From Balneolia bacterium (GTDB lineage: Bacteria; Bacteroidota; Rhodothermia; Balneolales; Cyclonatronaceae), in NCBI GenBank assembly GCA_003555145.1, contig PWID01000176.1, forward strand, positions 1 to 50,185: 50,185 bases of DNA, written 5' to 3'. The notes below the pieces were generated by a model. The model did no database searches and was not told where the DNA came from. It saw only the letters and a program-made list of their open reading frames with translations. Made by a program: the position numbers and the translations under genes. Shown in pieces: positions 49,213 through 50,185 of this stretch. Position 1 is the first letter of the stretch, and the number at the start of each line of letters is the position of its first letter.

Positions 49213-50082
49213 CTAGTGAAAGTGGCCGCTTTTTTTCATCAGGGTATTCACTTCATCAATATAAGCTAGAGCCTCATCTTTATTCCGTACCGCGAGCTCG
49301 GTAACAATGGCATTTACTACAACTGAAAGAGCTGCCACACTGTTTGTGAACAAAAGATTTTCACTTTCCACGCACAGATAGCGCGTACAATGTTCTACGA
49401 TGGGTGCTGTTTCCCGATCAGTAATTCCTATTACCTTCACTCCTTTCTCCCGTGCCATACAGGCTACTTCAATCGTGCGCTTTGAATAGGGAGGAAAAGA
49501 AAAACATACAATGGCGTCTTTATCACCCATGAACATAAGCTGTTCCTCAAAACTGAGCTGACCGTAAAGTACCGACTGAGACTTCATTGCCACCTGATTG
49601 AGCGAATAAGACATTATCTGAGACACGAGCGCGGAAATGCCTAAGCCAAAGGTGAATATATTCTCAGAAGCTGACATCAGGTCAACAACGGCGTTAAATT
49701 CATCGAGATTAAGCCGGTCTATGGTTTTGTTTATATTGGATACATCCTGACTGGCAACTTTATAAACCGACTTTCCTCCGCTTTCCTTTATCAGGCGAAA
49801 ACGACCGGTTTCCGATTCATCATATTTTTTTTGTACTGCTTTCTGAAGCGAATTTCTGAACGAGATGAAACCATCAAACCCCAGGCTTTGGGCAAACCGG
49901 ACAACTGTGGCTTTAGAAACCCCGCACTCACTTCCTATTTCGACAACTGAAAGAAATGCCGCCTGATTCAGGTTTTTAATGAGAAAATCAGCTACAGACT
50001 TTTGATTGCGCGGAAGCTGATCGTATTCAGAAGCGATCATCCGTTTGAAGGTTTCAGCCGTGTATTCAGTCGTTGTATTCAT
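49213..50082 (-). CDS. MurR/RpiR family transcriptional regulator
   Basis: HTH VSKATVVRFAQSLGFDGF plus a SIS domain (SFPPYS, IGITD). Confidence 0.94.
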   Translation of the reverse strand: MNTTTEYTAETFKRMIASEYDQLPRNQKSVADFLIKNLNQAAFLSVVEIGSECGVSKATVVRFAQSLGFDGFISFRNSLQKAVQKKYDESETGRFRLIKESGGKSVYKVASQDVSNINKTIDRLNLDEFNAVVDLMSASENIFTFGLGISALVSQIMSYSLNQVAMKSQSVLYGQLSFEEQLMFMGDKDAIVCFSFPPYSKRTIEVACMAREKGVKVIGITDRETAPIVEHCTRYLCVESENLLFTNSVAALSVVVNAIVTELAVRNKDEALAYIDEVNTLMKKSGHFH

Positions 50083-50185
50083 TACGGTTTATATTCATTT
50101 AATTGAATGAGTCAGCTGAAAGTACAAAAAGCTTTTAAATTTTCGTTCACAATATTAGCTGATGGCGTATTGCTGCCTACTCTCC

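Noticed and set aside
1-50185. CRISPR arrays, tRNA/rRNA genes, IS elements, prophage, defence or retron systems
   Set aside because: No regularly spaced repeats, cloverleaf-like segments, or transposase, integrase, RT or nuclease signatures seen by eye; the remaining short nested ORFs are shadows of identified genes.

Overview
Gene-dense bacterial chromosome segment. Protein style, lack of Shine-Dalgarno sites and TAnnTT(T/C)G-like promoter boxes suggest the Bacteroidota-Chlorobiota-Rhodothermota/Balneolota group, probably a halo-alkaliphile (inference). The first ~3.7 kb is an AT-richer glycan module: the 3' end of one GH5 mannanase-like gene, a complete paralogous GH5 lipoprotein, and a sigma-54 activator with no sensory domain. 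The remainder is mostly core genome: icmF, pncB-pncA, an ECF sigma factor coupled to DUF952, ettA, queG, HtrA, recO, MMPL/RND, dnaG, a metallopeptidase-PD40-Omp85 fusion, rnr, tamB, aroB/aroK, rqcH, HU/IHF, an alanine symporter, upp, lptC/lptA-like genes and an RpiR regulator. A 29-aa ribosomal protein bS22 gene missing from the ORF track lies at 43316-43405 (-). I found no tRNA, rRNA, CRISPR array, transposase or integrase. The best leads for new biology are the GH5/sensor-less sigma-54 module with its structured leader, the POTRA-less peptidase-Omp85 gene co-oriented with tamB, a stand-alone membrane-anchored histidine-triad protein, the ECF-DUF952 pair near NAD salvage genes, and an RqcH with a substituted tRNA-contact loop next to an unknown gene and bS22. 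All of these are hypotheses, not demonstrated systems.
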